Assembly: GCA_017454675.1 (NCBI GenBank)
Contig: JAFTCN010000058.1
Span: forward strand, 3,185 to 67,184
Direction: 5' to 3'
DNA: 64,000 nucleotides
Source: Clostridia bacterium
GTDB lineage: Bacteria > Bacillota > Clostridia > Oscillospirales > CAG-272
This document shows positions 28,839 to 37,300 of this stretch, in pieces. The notes beneath the pieces are model-generated. The model was given only the letters and a program-made list of their open reading frames with translations. It did not search any database and was not told the origin of the DNA. Within the stretch, counting starts at the first letter, position 1. Each line of letters begins with the position of its first letter. The translations under genes were made by a program, and so were the position numbers.

Positions 28839-29853
28839 TGCCAGGCATGTGACATATACCCCCACATCCCGCCGCCGCGGCTTCCGCGGCGGCGGGGCTT
28901 TTTACGCCAACCGTCTGTCCGTCGGTCATGAGCACGACGGTCCCGTCCCTGTCGGTCCGGAGTATCCCGGCCCCGACCGACCGCAGGACGAGTAGCGTCC
29001 CGGCGTGCGGATGGCCGAACCGGTTGTTCTTCCCGCACGATATCACCGCGAAAGAAGGAGAGACGGCCTCGGCGAAAAGGCGCGATGTCGATGTGGCGGA
29101 ACCGTGATGCCCGACCTTGAGGATGTCGCACCGGGGAAATCCGGTGCGCGAGCCGTCTGACAGAGGTCTGCCGCCGGCGCTGCCGTCGGGCAGGCGGTAT
29201 CTTTCGAGCAGGAGCGACTCTCCGGCCGTTCCGAGGTCGCCGGTAAAAAGGGCGCGGACCGCCCCGAGTGTGAGGACCATGACGAGAGAGCCCTCGTTCT
29301 CATCCTCCGGAAGAGGAAGGAAAGGGGAGATTACGGCGGCAGACATCCCGCCGAGCGAGAACGACGTCCCGGCCGTCGCCTCGCGAACATCGGTGCCGCG
29401 GGCGTGCGCCGTCTCCTTCATGAGCAGGAAGTTCGGCGCGCCGCTGTTGATGTCGGGGACATATACCGCCCCCACGCCGAACGCGCCGAGCAGAGCGGAG
29501 GCGCCTCCGATATGGTCCTCATCGGCATGCGAGATGAAGAGCATGTCGATCTTTTTTATTCCTTCGTTCTTCAGATATGCAACGAGTCGGTCGGCTGAAT
29601 CCCGGGGCCCCGTGTCGATCACAAGGCAGCCTTCGGGGGTGCGGATAAGCGCGGCGTCACCCTGGCCGACGTCGATGAATGATATTTCAGCGGAGCCGGG
29701 CGGGATTGCTTTGTCGCGCGACGACGGCAGATATACGAAGAAAAGGTAGTATGCGAGTGCCGCCGCGAACAGCACCGCCGCGGCCGCCCCTTTGAGGTTT
29801 ATCTTTTTTCCGTGCGAACTCAGTTCTTTTTTCCTCCGGAGCGTTTTTGGCAC
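28783..29853 (-). CDS. Membrane-anchored metallo-beta-lactamase fold protein, ComEC C-terminal-domain-like
   Basis: N-terminal TM AAAAVLFAAALAYYLFFVY. It has FIDVGQGDAALIRT, the canonical HxHxDH-type SHADEDHIGG, and KVGHHGS. The last ~40 codons overlap the convergent gene and its terminator and may not be functional sequence. Confidence 0.8.
   Translation of the reverse strand: MPKTLRRKKELSSHGKKINLKGAAAAVLFAAALAYYLFFVYLPSSRDKAIPPGSAEISFIDVGQGDAALIRTPEGCLVIDTGPRDSADRLVAYLKNEGIKKIDMLFISHADEDHIGGASALLGAFGVGAVYVPDINSGAPNFLLMKETAHARGTDVREATAGTSFSLGGMSAAVISPFLPLPEDENEGSLVMVLTLGAVRALFTGDLGTAGESLLLERYRLPDGSAGGRPLSDGSRTGFPRCDILKVGHHGSATSTSRLFAEAVSPSFAVISCGKNNRFGHPHAGTLLVLRSVGAGILRTDRDGTVVLMTDGQTVGVKSPAAAEAAAAGCGGICHMPGISTPVLRRRSRRELRSCS
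28868..28904 (+). terminator. Rho-independent terminator of the FAD oxidoreductase gene
   Basis: CCCGCCGCCGCGG-ctt-CCGCGGCGGCGGG followed by gcttttt. It lies inside the 3' tail of the convergent MBL ORF. Confidence 0.65.
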
Positions 29854-29890
29854 TATTTTAACATTCTATTCATTATTTGTCAACAAAATA

Positions 29891-29919
29891 TTGACAAAAC
29901 CGCAAAACTGTGTTAAAAT
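29891..29919 (+). promoter_or_regulatory. Consensus sigma-70-type promoter upstream of comEC
   Basis: TTGACA, a 17 nt spacer, then TAAAAT. Confidence 0.6.
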
Positions 29920-30052
29920 TATGCCTGCTTACGGATGGTTGCCGTTTTTTTCCGGGATAACGGGGAACAGGAGACCGGGCCGGGTACGGCAGACGGTCAA
30001 CGCGAGACCTGTAGATATAAACGCGAAACGGGTGGAAAGGAGAGAATGCGGA

Positions 30053-32491
30053 CTGAGACTTTTCCGCGGCAGGCCGTGCGCCGTGTGCGCCGCGGTGTTC
30101 GTATGCGCCGCCGCGGCGGCGGGATATCTGCGCACCGCGGCGTTCTATGCCGTCTTCGCCGTCATAGCCGCGTCGGCCGCCGCGCTGTTTGTCATCCTCG
30201 CTTCGCGCGGGAGAGTCAGCCGCGAGCGCCTCATGTCGGCCGCCGCGGTCATCGCGCTGGTCTTTGCCTTCCTCGCACGCTGCTGTGTGCTGTATATAGG
30301 TGTTTACGGACCGCTTGAGAATTACTCCGGCGGTACGCATTCCGTCGCGGGAAGAGTCGTGTCACCGGGATATATGACGCCTTATTCATCGTCGTTCACC
30401 GCCGATATCACGTCGGTCGACGGTGCTGAGTGCCGTGTCACGGCGGAAGTGTCGCTGCCTTATGCCGCGACGGGCCTCTCAGCCGGACAGAGCTTTTCGA
30501 TGTCTGATGCGACGCTCTCGCGGACCGACGTGTCGTCGGACAGGTTTGCCGAAGGGATAATGCTCGACGTTACTTCCGAATCGGAATTCGGTTTTGTCCC
30601 CGGCCGGACCGAAAAGACGCTCATGTACAGGGCGTCGGCGCTGAACCGCAGGCTGTCGGGAATGATAGCGGAGTCGGTCGGAGGAAGGGAGGGCGGACTC
30701 TGCGCCGCCATGCTCCTTGGCAGCAGGGAATACCTCGACGCCTCGGTAAAGCGTGATTTCGGTCGCGCGGGGGCGTCGCACATGCTTGCTGTCAGCGGGA
30801 TGCACATGTCTGTCGTCGCGGCGCTGATCCTGTTCGCGCTCTCGCGGATGAGAGTCGGCAGGCGAATGCGGCTCGCGGTGATGTTCATCGTTCTTCCCGG
30901 ATACCTGCTGCTGCTCGGCTTCCCGGTCAGCGCCGTGAGGTCGGCGGTCATGATCATATGCGGATACGCCGGCTGGTTCTCGGGCGCCGACGTCGACAGG
31001 GTGAACGCGCTCGGGATCGCGGTCTGCGCGATACTCATGCGGTCTCCCGCCGCGGTCTATGACGTCTCGTTCATACTCAGCGCGGCGTCGACGCTGGGGA
31101 TCACCGGAGGGGCGGCCTACTTCGAGAAACGGCGCCGGGACAGACAGCGCGAGCGCAACATCCGGCGCTCGAGGCGCCGCTCGGGCGAGGTCAGGCTGGG
31201 CCGGCAGGTATCCGCGGCGGGCAGGCTGTTTTTCGCGGCCGCCGACGCGCTCTCGGACTTTCTCCTGCCTCCGCTCGTCACGCTTGCCGCCGCAAATATG
31301 CTGACGGTGCTGCCGACATCTGTCTTTTTCGGGGAGATCTCACTCATGTCGCCGGTGTCGAACGTCATCCTGGCGCCGGCGGCGACGCTCGTCATTGGGC
31401 TGTCGATGCTCCTCATACCCTTCGGAAGTCTGCCTTTCATCTCTGGATTTCTGTCGTTCTACGCGGGCAGGGCTGCGTCCTTCATGCTGGATACCGCGTC
31501 CCGGATATCGTCTATGCGCGACGTCTCTCTCTCGCTGCGCTACCCCTTCGTGCCGTATATCCTCATACCTATGACGGCCGCGACGGTCCTGCTCCTCACG
31601 CTCGATCTCAAGCACAGGGGCCTTGTGTTCGCTCCCGCAGCCGCGGCCGCAGCCGCTATGGCGGTGTGCTGCTTTTTGTATCTCGGCGGTGAGAGCGGAA
31701 AGAGGGTCGACGCCGTTTTCCTCACCGGAAAGAGCGGCGACTCCGCTGCAGTCTGCGGCGGAGGCAGGGCGCTCGTGTGCGACGTCTCGTCGGGCGGGAG
31801 CGGGATGATGTACGCGGCGGCCGAGGCGGCGGCTGAGCGGGGCGTCACCGAGACCGAGGTGCTGATGCTGACGCACTACCACGCGGCTCACCGCAGTTCG
31901 GTCGCGTCGTATATGTCGAGATATGTCGTGCGGCAGCTCTGGATGCCGGAGCCGAAGGATAAGTCTGATGCTTCGGTCGCGCTCTCCCTTGCGGCTCTGG
32001 CCGGGGAGGCAGGCGTCAGGTGCGTCTTCTACGGGGACGGTTCGGAACTTACCGCCTTCGGCGGCGTGCGGGTCGTCCCGTCGGGGATCATCAGGATAAA
32101 AAGGTCGACTCATCCCGTGTTTTACCTGGAGATCGGAGACGGGGAGAAGAGCGCGGCGTATGTCGGAAAGTCTTCCTGGGAGGGCGATCCCGCGGGAGTG
32201 GCTTCGGCGTCCGTGTCGTCTGATACCGTTATCGCGGGAACACACGGCCCGGTGGCGAAGCCGGCGCCGGCGGGTTACCGCATTCCGCTCCGGACCGGCG
32301 GTCCGAGGCTGTGTCTGCTCGATCATACTCTGGCGCTGTACTACCTTGTCCCTAACGCCGGCGGAGAAACAGGGAACGGAAAGGCGAGCGCGCAGTTTCC
32401 CCCGGGAGCCGACGTCACCGTGAACGGGAACGGAGCGCTGGTGAGGCTCCGCGGCGTGCCGTCGAAAAAACTTGCTTTTTTCCGAAGGTGA
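30053..32491 (+). CDS. comEC: ComEC/Rec2 family DNA internalisation channel protein with a degenerate C-terminal MBL domain
   Basis: It is polytopic, with the competence-domain block AGASHMLAVSGMHMSVV. The C-terminal MBL-like region reads LMLTHYHAAHRSS in place of HxHxDH. The start is uncertain. The track starts at 29792. ATG 29921 lies upstream of the predicted transcription start. CTG 30053 sits 10 nt after AGGAG, and GTG 30083 is an alternative. Confidence 0.75.
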   Translation: MRLFRGRPCAVCAAVFVCAAAAAGYLRTAAFYAVFAVIAASAAALFVILASRGRVSRERLMSAAAVIALVFAFLARCCVLYIGVYGPLENYSGGTHSVAGRVVSPGYMTPYSSSFTADITSVDGAECRVTAEVSLPYAATGLSAGQSFSMSDATLSRTDVSSDRFAEGIMLDVTSESEFGFVPGRTEKTLMYRASALNRRLSGMIAESVGGREGGLCAAMLLGSREYLDASVKRDFGRAGASHMLAVSGMHMSVVAALILFALSRMRVGRRMRLAVMFIVLPGYLLLLGFPVSAVRSAVMIICGYAGWFSGADVDRVNALGIAVCAILMRSPAAVYDVSFILSAASTLGITGGAAYFEKRRRDRQRERNIRRSRRRSGEVRLGRQVSAAGRLFFAAADALSDFLLPPLVTLAAANMLTVLPTSVFFGEISLMSPVSNVILAPAATLVIGLSMLLIPFGSLPFISGFLSFYAGRAASFMLDTASRISSMRDVSLSLRYPFVPYILIPMTAATVLLLTLDLKHRGLVFAPAAAAAAAMAVCCFLYLGGESGKRVDAVFLTGKSGDSAAVCGGGRALVCDVSSGGSGMMYAAAEAAAERGVTETEVLMLTHYHAAHRSSVASYMSRYVVRQLWMPEPKDKSDASVALSLAALAGEAGVRCVFYGDGSELTAFGGVRVVPSGIIRIKRSTHPVFYLEIGDGEKSAAYVGKSSWEGDPAGVASASVSSDTVIAGTHGPVAKPAPAGYRIPLRTGGPRLCLLDHTLALYYLVPNAGGETGNGKASAQFPPGADVTVNGNGALVRLRGVPSKKLAFFRR

Positions 32492-32550
32492 GGTTATAAT
32501 ATATCTATAACACTATATTGGAAGATGTTTTCCGGAGGATATACGGCGCC

Positions 32551-33819
32551 ATGAGGACAAAAGCGGTGAGACTCTACGGCAGTGAGGACCTGCGGCTCGA
32601 AGAATTCGAGCTCCCCGAGCCCGGCGAGGACGAGATACTCGCCGAGGTCGTCTCGGACAGTGCCTGCATGTCTACCTACAAGGCGTATAAAATGGGCCCC
32701 GCCCACAAGAGAGTCCCCGATGACGTCGCAGGGAACCCCGTGATCGTCGGACACGAGTTCTGCGGGAAGATCCTGCGGGTGGGGAGAAAGTGGCAGGGCG
32801 AATTCGAACCCGGGGAGCGCTTCTCGATTCAGCCGGCGATGAACTACAGGGGGTCGCTGGCGGCTCCCGGATATTCGTATCCCAACATCGGCGGTGACGC
32901 CACGTACGTCGTCATACCGAATGAGGTCATGGAGACCGGCTGTCTGCTCAGGTTCAGCGGCGACGCCTACTTCTACGGATCGCTCGCCGAGCCGCTCTCC
33001 TGCGTCATCGGAGCTTTCAAGGCGAATTATCATGTGACTCAGGGAAGCTACGTCCACAGGATGGGCATAGTTCCCGGCGGCAGCACCGCGATCCTGGCAG
33101 GAGTCGGCCCAATGGGACTTGCGGCGATAGAATACGCACTTGAGGGGCCGGTAAAGCCGAAGCTGCTTGCCGTGACCGGCGGATATACCGGCAACGACTC
33201 CAAACTGCGCCGCGCGGAAATGCTCTATCCGCCGGAAAAAGCCGCCGAAAAGGGCGTGGAGATAGTTTACATCAACGGTTCGGAGAAGAATTACACCGAA
33301 AAAATGAAGGCTCTCACCGGGGGGCGCGGTTTCGACGACGTATTCTGCATGGCTCCGGTGAAGCAGGTGGTCGAGGAGGCCGATTCGCTGCTCGCGAAGG
33401 ACGGATGTCTGAACTTCTTTGCCGGCCCCGCCGACCCGGATTTCCGGGCGGAGTTCAACTTCTTCAACGTCCACTACGCCGGCACGCATGTCGTCGGAAC
33501 GAGCGGCGGCAACAACGACGACCTCCGCGACGCCATCGATCTCATGGGGCGCGGTGTCATCGATCCCGCCGCGATGGTCACGCATATCGGCGGGCTCGGA
33601 GCGGTCATCGGGACTATCGGGGACCTTCCTTCGATCCCCGGAGGGAAGAAACTGATCTACACGCACTCCGACCTGCCGCTCATCTCTCTGCGGGACCTGG
33701 GGAAGTATAAGGACAGGTATCCCGTATGCGGCGATCTCGATGAGATAGTCCGCGCACACGGAGGGCTGTGGTGCGCCGAGGCCGAGAAGCGGCTGCTGCG
33801 TGAGACCGGAGAGGACTGA
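32551..33819 (+). CDS. Zinc-type medium-chain dehydrogenase/reductase (sorbose-1-phosphate reductase / sugar-alcohol dehydrogenase-like)
   Basis: SDSACMSTYK and GHEFCGKI (catalytic Zn ligands), followed by a Rossmann ILAGVGPMGL. The start is at MRTKAVRLYG, after GGAGGA. Confidence 0.8.
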   Translation: MRTKAVRLYGSEDLRLEEFELPEPGEDEILAEVVSDSACMSTYKAYKMGPAHKRVPDDVAGNPVIVGHEFCGKILRVGRKWQGEFEPGERFSIQPAMNYRGSLAAPGYSYPNIGGDATYVVIPNEVMETGCLLRFSGDAYFYGSLAEPLSCVIGAFKANYHVTQGSYVHRMGIVPGGSTAILAGVGPMGLAAIEYALEGPVKPKLLAVTGGYTGNDSKLRRAEMLYPPEKAAEKGVEIVYINGSEKNYTEKMKALTGGRGFDDVFCMAPVKQVVEEADSLLAKDGCLNFFAGPADPDFRAEFNFFNVHYAGTHVVGTSGGNNDDLRDAIDLMGRGVIDPAAMVTHIGGLGAVIGTIGDLPSIPGGKKLIYTHSDLPLISLRDLGKYKDRYPVCGDLDEIVRAHGGLWCAEAEKRLLRETGED

Positions 33820-33891
33820 CCCGCGCCGCGCGACGGCGCGCGGTTTCGTGGCTCTCCTAAGTAATACCGAAAAAGGGAAGGTGTATTCAGT

Positions 33892-34980
33892 ATGATATCC
33901 GAAACACTTGCCGAACTCACGGCTTTCTCGAACAGATACGGCGCCGACGGCAACTGCGTCATCGCCGGCGGAGGAAACACCTCGGCGAAGGAGGGCGGCG
34001 TGCTCTATGTCAAGGCGTCGGGTACCGCGCTCGCCTCGATAGGCCCCGACGGCTTCGTACGCATGGACCGGGAGAAACTGGGAAAGATACTTGACAAAGA
34101 GTATCCCGACGGTGAAAAGGAGCGCGAGGCCGCGGTGCTCGCCGACATGCTCGACGCGCGCGTCCCGGGCTCGGTCGGCCGGCCAAGCGTCGAGGCGATG
34201 CTCCACGGACTCTTCCCGCAGAAATACGTGCTCCATATCCACCCGACGCTCGTCAACGGGCTGACCTGTTCGGAGGATTACTTCAGAGTCGGAAGGATGC
34301 TTTTTCCGGATGCCGTATTTACCGACGAATCAAAGCCGGGCTATCTTCTGGCGATGCTCTGCCGCGGCGCCCTGGACGGATACAGGGCAGAGCACGGGAG
34401 GGATGCCGACCTGCTCTTCCTGCGCAATCACGGAGTGTTTTTCGCATCGGATGACGTGAGCGGGCTCGACAGGCTCTTCTGCGCCGTCACGGGGACGCTT
34501 GATGGGCTGATAAGGAAAAGGCCGGACAGGATAGAGGTCGGCGGCGAAGACCGCTTCTGCGCCGTTCTGCAGGCCCTGGGTGCCGCGAACGGACGTCCGT
34601 GCGTCACAATGCTGTCGGGAGACGATATCGCTTCGTGGGACCCCGAATGCGGTTCTCCGACGCCCGACCACATCGTATACGCCGGCGCCCGCGGGCTGGT
34701 CTTCGACCGCGAGCCCGACCCAGCCGCTCTTTCCGCCGCGGCGGAGGGATTCACGTCCCGGACCGGCGCCTTCCCGAGGACTGTAGCCGTGAAGGGAAGC
34801 GCGGTATATGTCTGCGGAAAGGATCCCGCCGACGCCGCAAGGATAGCGGATATAGTGAAGGACCAGGTGAAGATTACGGTATATGCCTGGAATTTCGGAG
34901 GATATCACCCGATGTCCCCGTGGCTCAGGGAATTCATAGTACACTGGGAAGCCGAAAGCTACCGCAGCAGCAAAGCCTGA
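33892..34980 (+). CDS. Class II aldolase/adducin-domain protein (like the N-terminal domain of bifunctional rhamnulose-1-phosphate aldolase/ADH)
   Basis: GGGNTSAK, YVKASGTAL and RPSVEAMLHG...LHIHP motifs. Confidence 0.7.
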   Translation: MISETLAELTAFSNRYGADGNCVIAGGGNTSAKEGGVLYVKASGTALASIGPDGFVRMDREKLGKILDKEYPDGEKEREAAVLADMLDARVPGSVGRPSVEAMLHGLFPQKYVLHIHPTLVNGLTCSEDYFRVGRMLFPDAVFTDESKPGYLLAMLCRGALDGYRAEHGRDADLLFLRNHGVFFASDDVSGLDRLFCAVTGTLDGLIRKRPDRIEVGGEDRFCAVLQALGAANGRPCVTMLSGDDIASWDPECGSPTPDHIVYAGARGLVFDREPDPAALSAAAEGFTSRTGAFPRTVAVKGSAVYVCGKDPADAARIADIVKDQVKITVYAWNFGGYHPMSPWLREFIVHWEAESYRSSKA

Positions 34981-35033
34981 ACAGACAAAAACGGTTCTAT
35001 ACCGCATAACGAAGATCCGGAGGTAAGGCTGAA

Positions 35034-36221
35034 TTGACGATCGAAGAACTCCGGCGCCTCGCCGCTGAGGGGAGACTGCCGCGCGTCGACCGGACGCATT
35101 ACATCAACAACCACATACACACAACATATTCGTTCTCTCCATACACCCCGGCGGACGCGGTGTACACCGCTCACATGAGTGGCCTTGCCACCGCCGGCAT
35201 AATGGACCATGACACGGCCGGCGGCGCCGCCGAATTTATCGAGGCCGGAGCTCTGCTGTCGATGCCGGTCACCTGCGGAGTCGAGTGCCGCGTCGACATG
35301 AAGGGAACTCCGCTGGAGGGAAAGAGGCTCAACAACCCCGACCAGGTCTCGGTCGCCTACTGCGCGATGCACGGCATCCCGCATTCGAACCTGCGCGGTG
35401 TCGACGAATTCTTCGCGCCCTACAGGGAGCGAAGGAGCGAACGCAACCGCCGCATGACAGAAAAACTGAACGGCGTTTTGGCCTCTCTCGGCCTTTCGCT
35501 TTCGCTCGACTACGACAGGGACGTTCTGCCGCTCGCCGCGGCGACGGTCACCGAGCGCCACATCTGCTTCGCTCTGGCGGGGAAGATAGCGTCGCTTTGC
35601 GGATCTCCAGGCGCGACGGCAGATTTTCTGAAAGACAGGCTCGGGATCGGGCTGACGCCGAAGGTGGAGGCCAATATCAGGGCGGGGGACCTGACGCCGC
35701 AGTTCTTCGAATACGATATCCTCGGAGCCCTCAAGAGCGGCCTTGTCGGCAGTTTCTTCATCCCGGCTGATGATGAGCTCCCGAAACTTTGCGACTTCAT
35801 CCGGACCGCGAAGAAGTACGGAGCGATCACGGCGTATGCCTATCTCGGCGACGTCGGGGATTCGGTCACCGGCGACAAGAAGGCGCAGAAGTTCGAGGAC
35901 GGATATCTCGACACGCTCTTCGATGTCCTGACAGAATACGGCTTCGACGCCGTCACCTTCATGCCGTCGCGGAACACGGCAGCCCAGCTTGAGAGGGTTA
36001 TGGGGCTCTGCCGCTCCCACTGGCTTTTCCAGATCAGCGGAGAGGACATCAATTCCCCGAGGCAGGGATTCGTCTGCCGGGCGTACGACAGACCGGAGTA
36101 TGCGCATCTGACCGACGCGGCCTTCGCCCTCATCGCGTACGAGAACGCGGCTGACGAAGATCCCGCAGCCGCCCGGAAGATCATAGAGAACGAGATAAAA
36201 AAAGAGTCGGGTAAAGCCTGA
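35034..36221 (+). CDS. PHP (polymerase/histidinol phosphatase) domain metal-dependent phosphoesterase
   Basis: The N-terminal INNHIHTTYSFSPYTP is a PHP motif. TTG start, 9-10 nt after GGAGG. Confidence 0.7.
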   Translation: MTIEELRRLAAEGRLPRVDRTHYINNHIHTTYSFSPYTPADAVYTAHMSGLATAGIMDHDTAGGAAEFIEAGALLSMPVTCGVECRVDMKGTPLEGKRLNNPDQVSVAYCAMHGIPHSNLRGVDEFFAPYRERRSERNRRMTEKLNGVLASLGLSLSLDYDRDVLPLAAATVTERHICFALAGKIASLCGSPGATADFLKDRLGIGLTPKVEANIRAGDLTPQFFEYDILGALKSGLVGSFFIPADDELPKLCDFIRTAKKYGAITAYAYLGDVGDSVTGDKKAQKFEDGYLDTLFDVLTEYGFDAVTFMPSRNTAAQLERVMGLCRSHWLFQISGEDINSPRQGFVCRAYDRPEYAHLTDAAFALIAYENAADEDPAAARKIIENEIKKESGKA

Positions 36222-36370
36222 GAGCGGAATGGCCGCGGAAAGAGACAGACCGCCGCGGAGACGCAGAGAGCAGGCAGCGGCCCTTAGCGGTGACTTACCG
36301 CTGACACTCGGCTCATCATACAAATACAGCGGCGGGCATTATGCCAGCCGCTGTATTACGGTCACGGAAC

Positions 36371-37282
36371 TCAGTTCTTTATCATATACTTCTCGATCAC
36401 GGGATATGCGCCGTATACCTTGAACAGGCAGACCGTCGGCAGCAGGTATATGATCGGAAGTATGAGAGGCACGAAGAAGTTGATCGGCCAGAAGGCTATC
36501 ACGAGAAGCACGTTGAGGCCTATCAGCAGCACGATCGCGAGAGCGGTCATGAGGTTCCGCCCTATGCCCAGTATCGAGAAGATCAGGGCGTTTTTCAGTA
36601 TCTTGCGGATCTTGATGTCGAAAGTCACGAGCATGAGGTAGATGTAGTACCGCATGAACATGTATATTATCGCCACCGCGCAGATCGCGAAGAAGAAGAA
36701 ATCGTATATCCCGCCGCCGCGCCTCGAGAAGAAGTAGATGTCGTATCCGATAACTCCGAGCAGGACGAAATCGATGAGCCCGAGCGCCAGTCCCTGCCAG
36801 AGATTGCGCTTGATCGAGTATTTGAAGTCGCTCCATATGAACACGGGGTCGCCGGTGAACATGCCCTTTGCGCAGTATGTGGCGCCTACGTTTATCCAGC
36901 CCCAGATGACCGCGAGCAGTACCCCGAGACCGACCGTTATCCAGATCCTGGCGGCGCCGTAGGTCTGGAGGTTGAGCTGCGCGCCGTATACGCCGAGCAG
37001 CGATGACCACGCCGGCGACCCGCCCCGGAGCAGATACGCGCCGTATATGCTCGTATAAGCGGAACTCATCTGAGACGGCATCGACGGAGCGGTGATATAG
37101 AGATAAACGACAGCCAGCGGTACCAGCCATACCGGGAGCATGACGAAATTCAGGTTCAGCGTCTTTGTGAAGTGACGGAACCAGAAGCGGGGGAGGTTCC
37201 AGAGATTCGGCTTCAGCGGCTTTTCGTCCTTTGAGACGCCGCGTCCGTTCCGGTTCATATCGAAGAGTTTGAATTTTTTCAT
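36371..37282 (-). CDS. Integral membrane protein, YesL/DUF624-like
   Basis: 303 aa with about six hydrophobic helices and an N-terminal RFWFRHFTKTLNLNFVMLPVWL. It has a lower-GC, hydrophobic codon pattern, unlike the overlapping Arg-rich track ORFs. Confidence 0.6.
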   Translation of the reverse strand: MKKFKLFDMNRNGRGVSKDEKPLKPNLWNLPRFWFRHFTKTLNLNFVMLPVWLVPLAVVYLYITAPSMPSQMSSAYTSIYGAYLLRGGSPAWSSLLGVYGAQLNLQTYGAARIWITVGLGVLLAVIWGWINVGATYCAKGMFTGDPVFIWSDFKYSIKRNLWQGLALGLIDFVLLGVIGYDIYFFSRRGGGIYDFFFFAICAVAIIYMFMRYYIYLMLVTFDIKIRKILKNALIFSILGIGRNLMTALAIVLLIGLNVLLVIAFWPINFFVPLILPIIYLLPTVCLFKVYGAYPVIEKYMIKN

Positions 37283-37300
37283 CGCAGATTCCGATCCGAT

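Noticed and set aside
29921-30052. ATG 29921 as the comEC start, and the track start at 29792
   Set aside because: The region 29792-29920 is an AT-rich promoter region shared with the divergent MBL gene. ATG 29921 abuts the -10 element, and the encoded residues are not ComEC-like. I kept this as an alternative only.
32494-34242. 582 aa minus-strand ORF
   Set aside because: It is antisense to the Zn-dehydrogenase and aldolase-like genes. It has Arg/Gly/Val-rich low-information composition and no recognisable domain.
34959-36323. 454 aa minus-strand ORF
   Set aside because: It is antisense to the PHP-domain gene and has Arg/Leu/Gly-rich composition.
36339-37130. Alternative ORFs (36339-37130 minus, 36341-37006 plus) competing with the DUF624-like gene
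   Set aside because: Both are charged and Arg/Asp/His-rich. Frame 36371-37282 gives a coherent polytopic membrane protein with an AT-richer, hydrophobic codon pattern.
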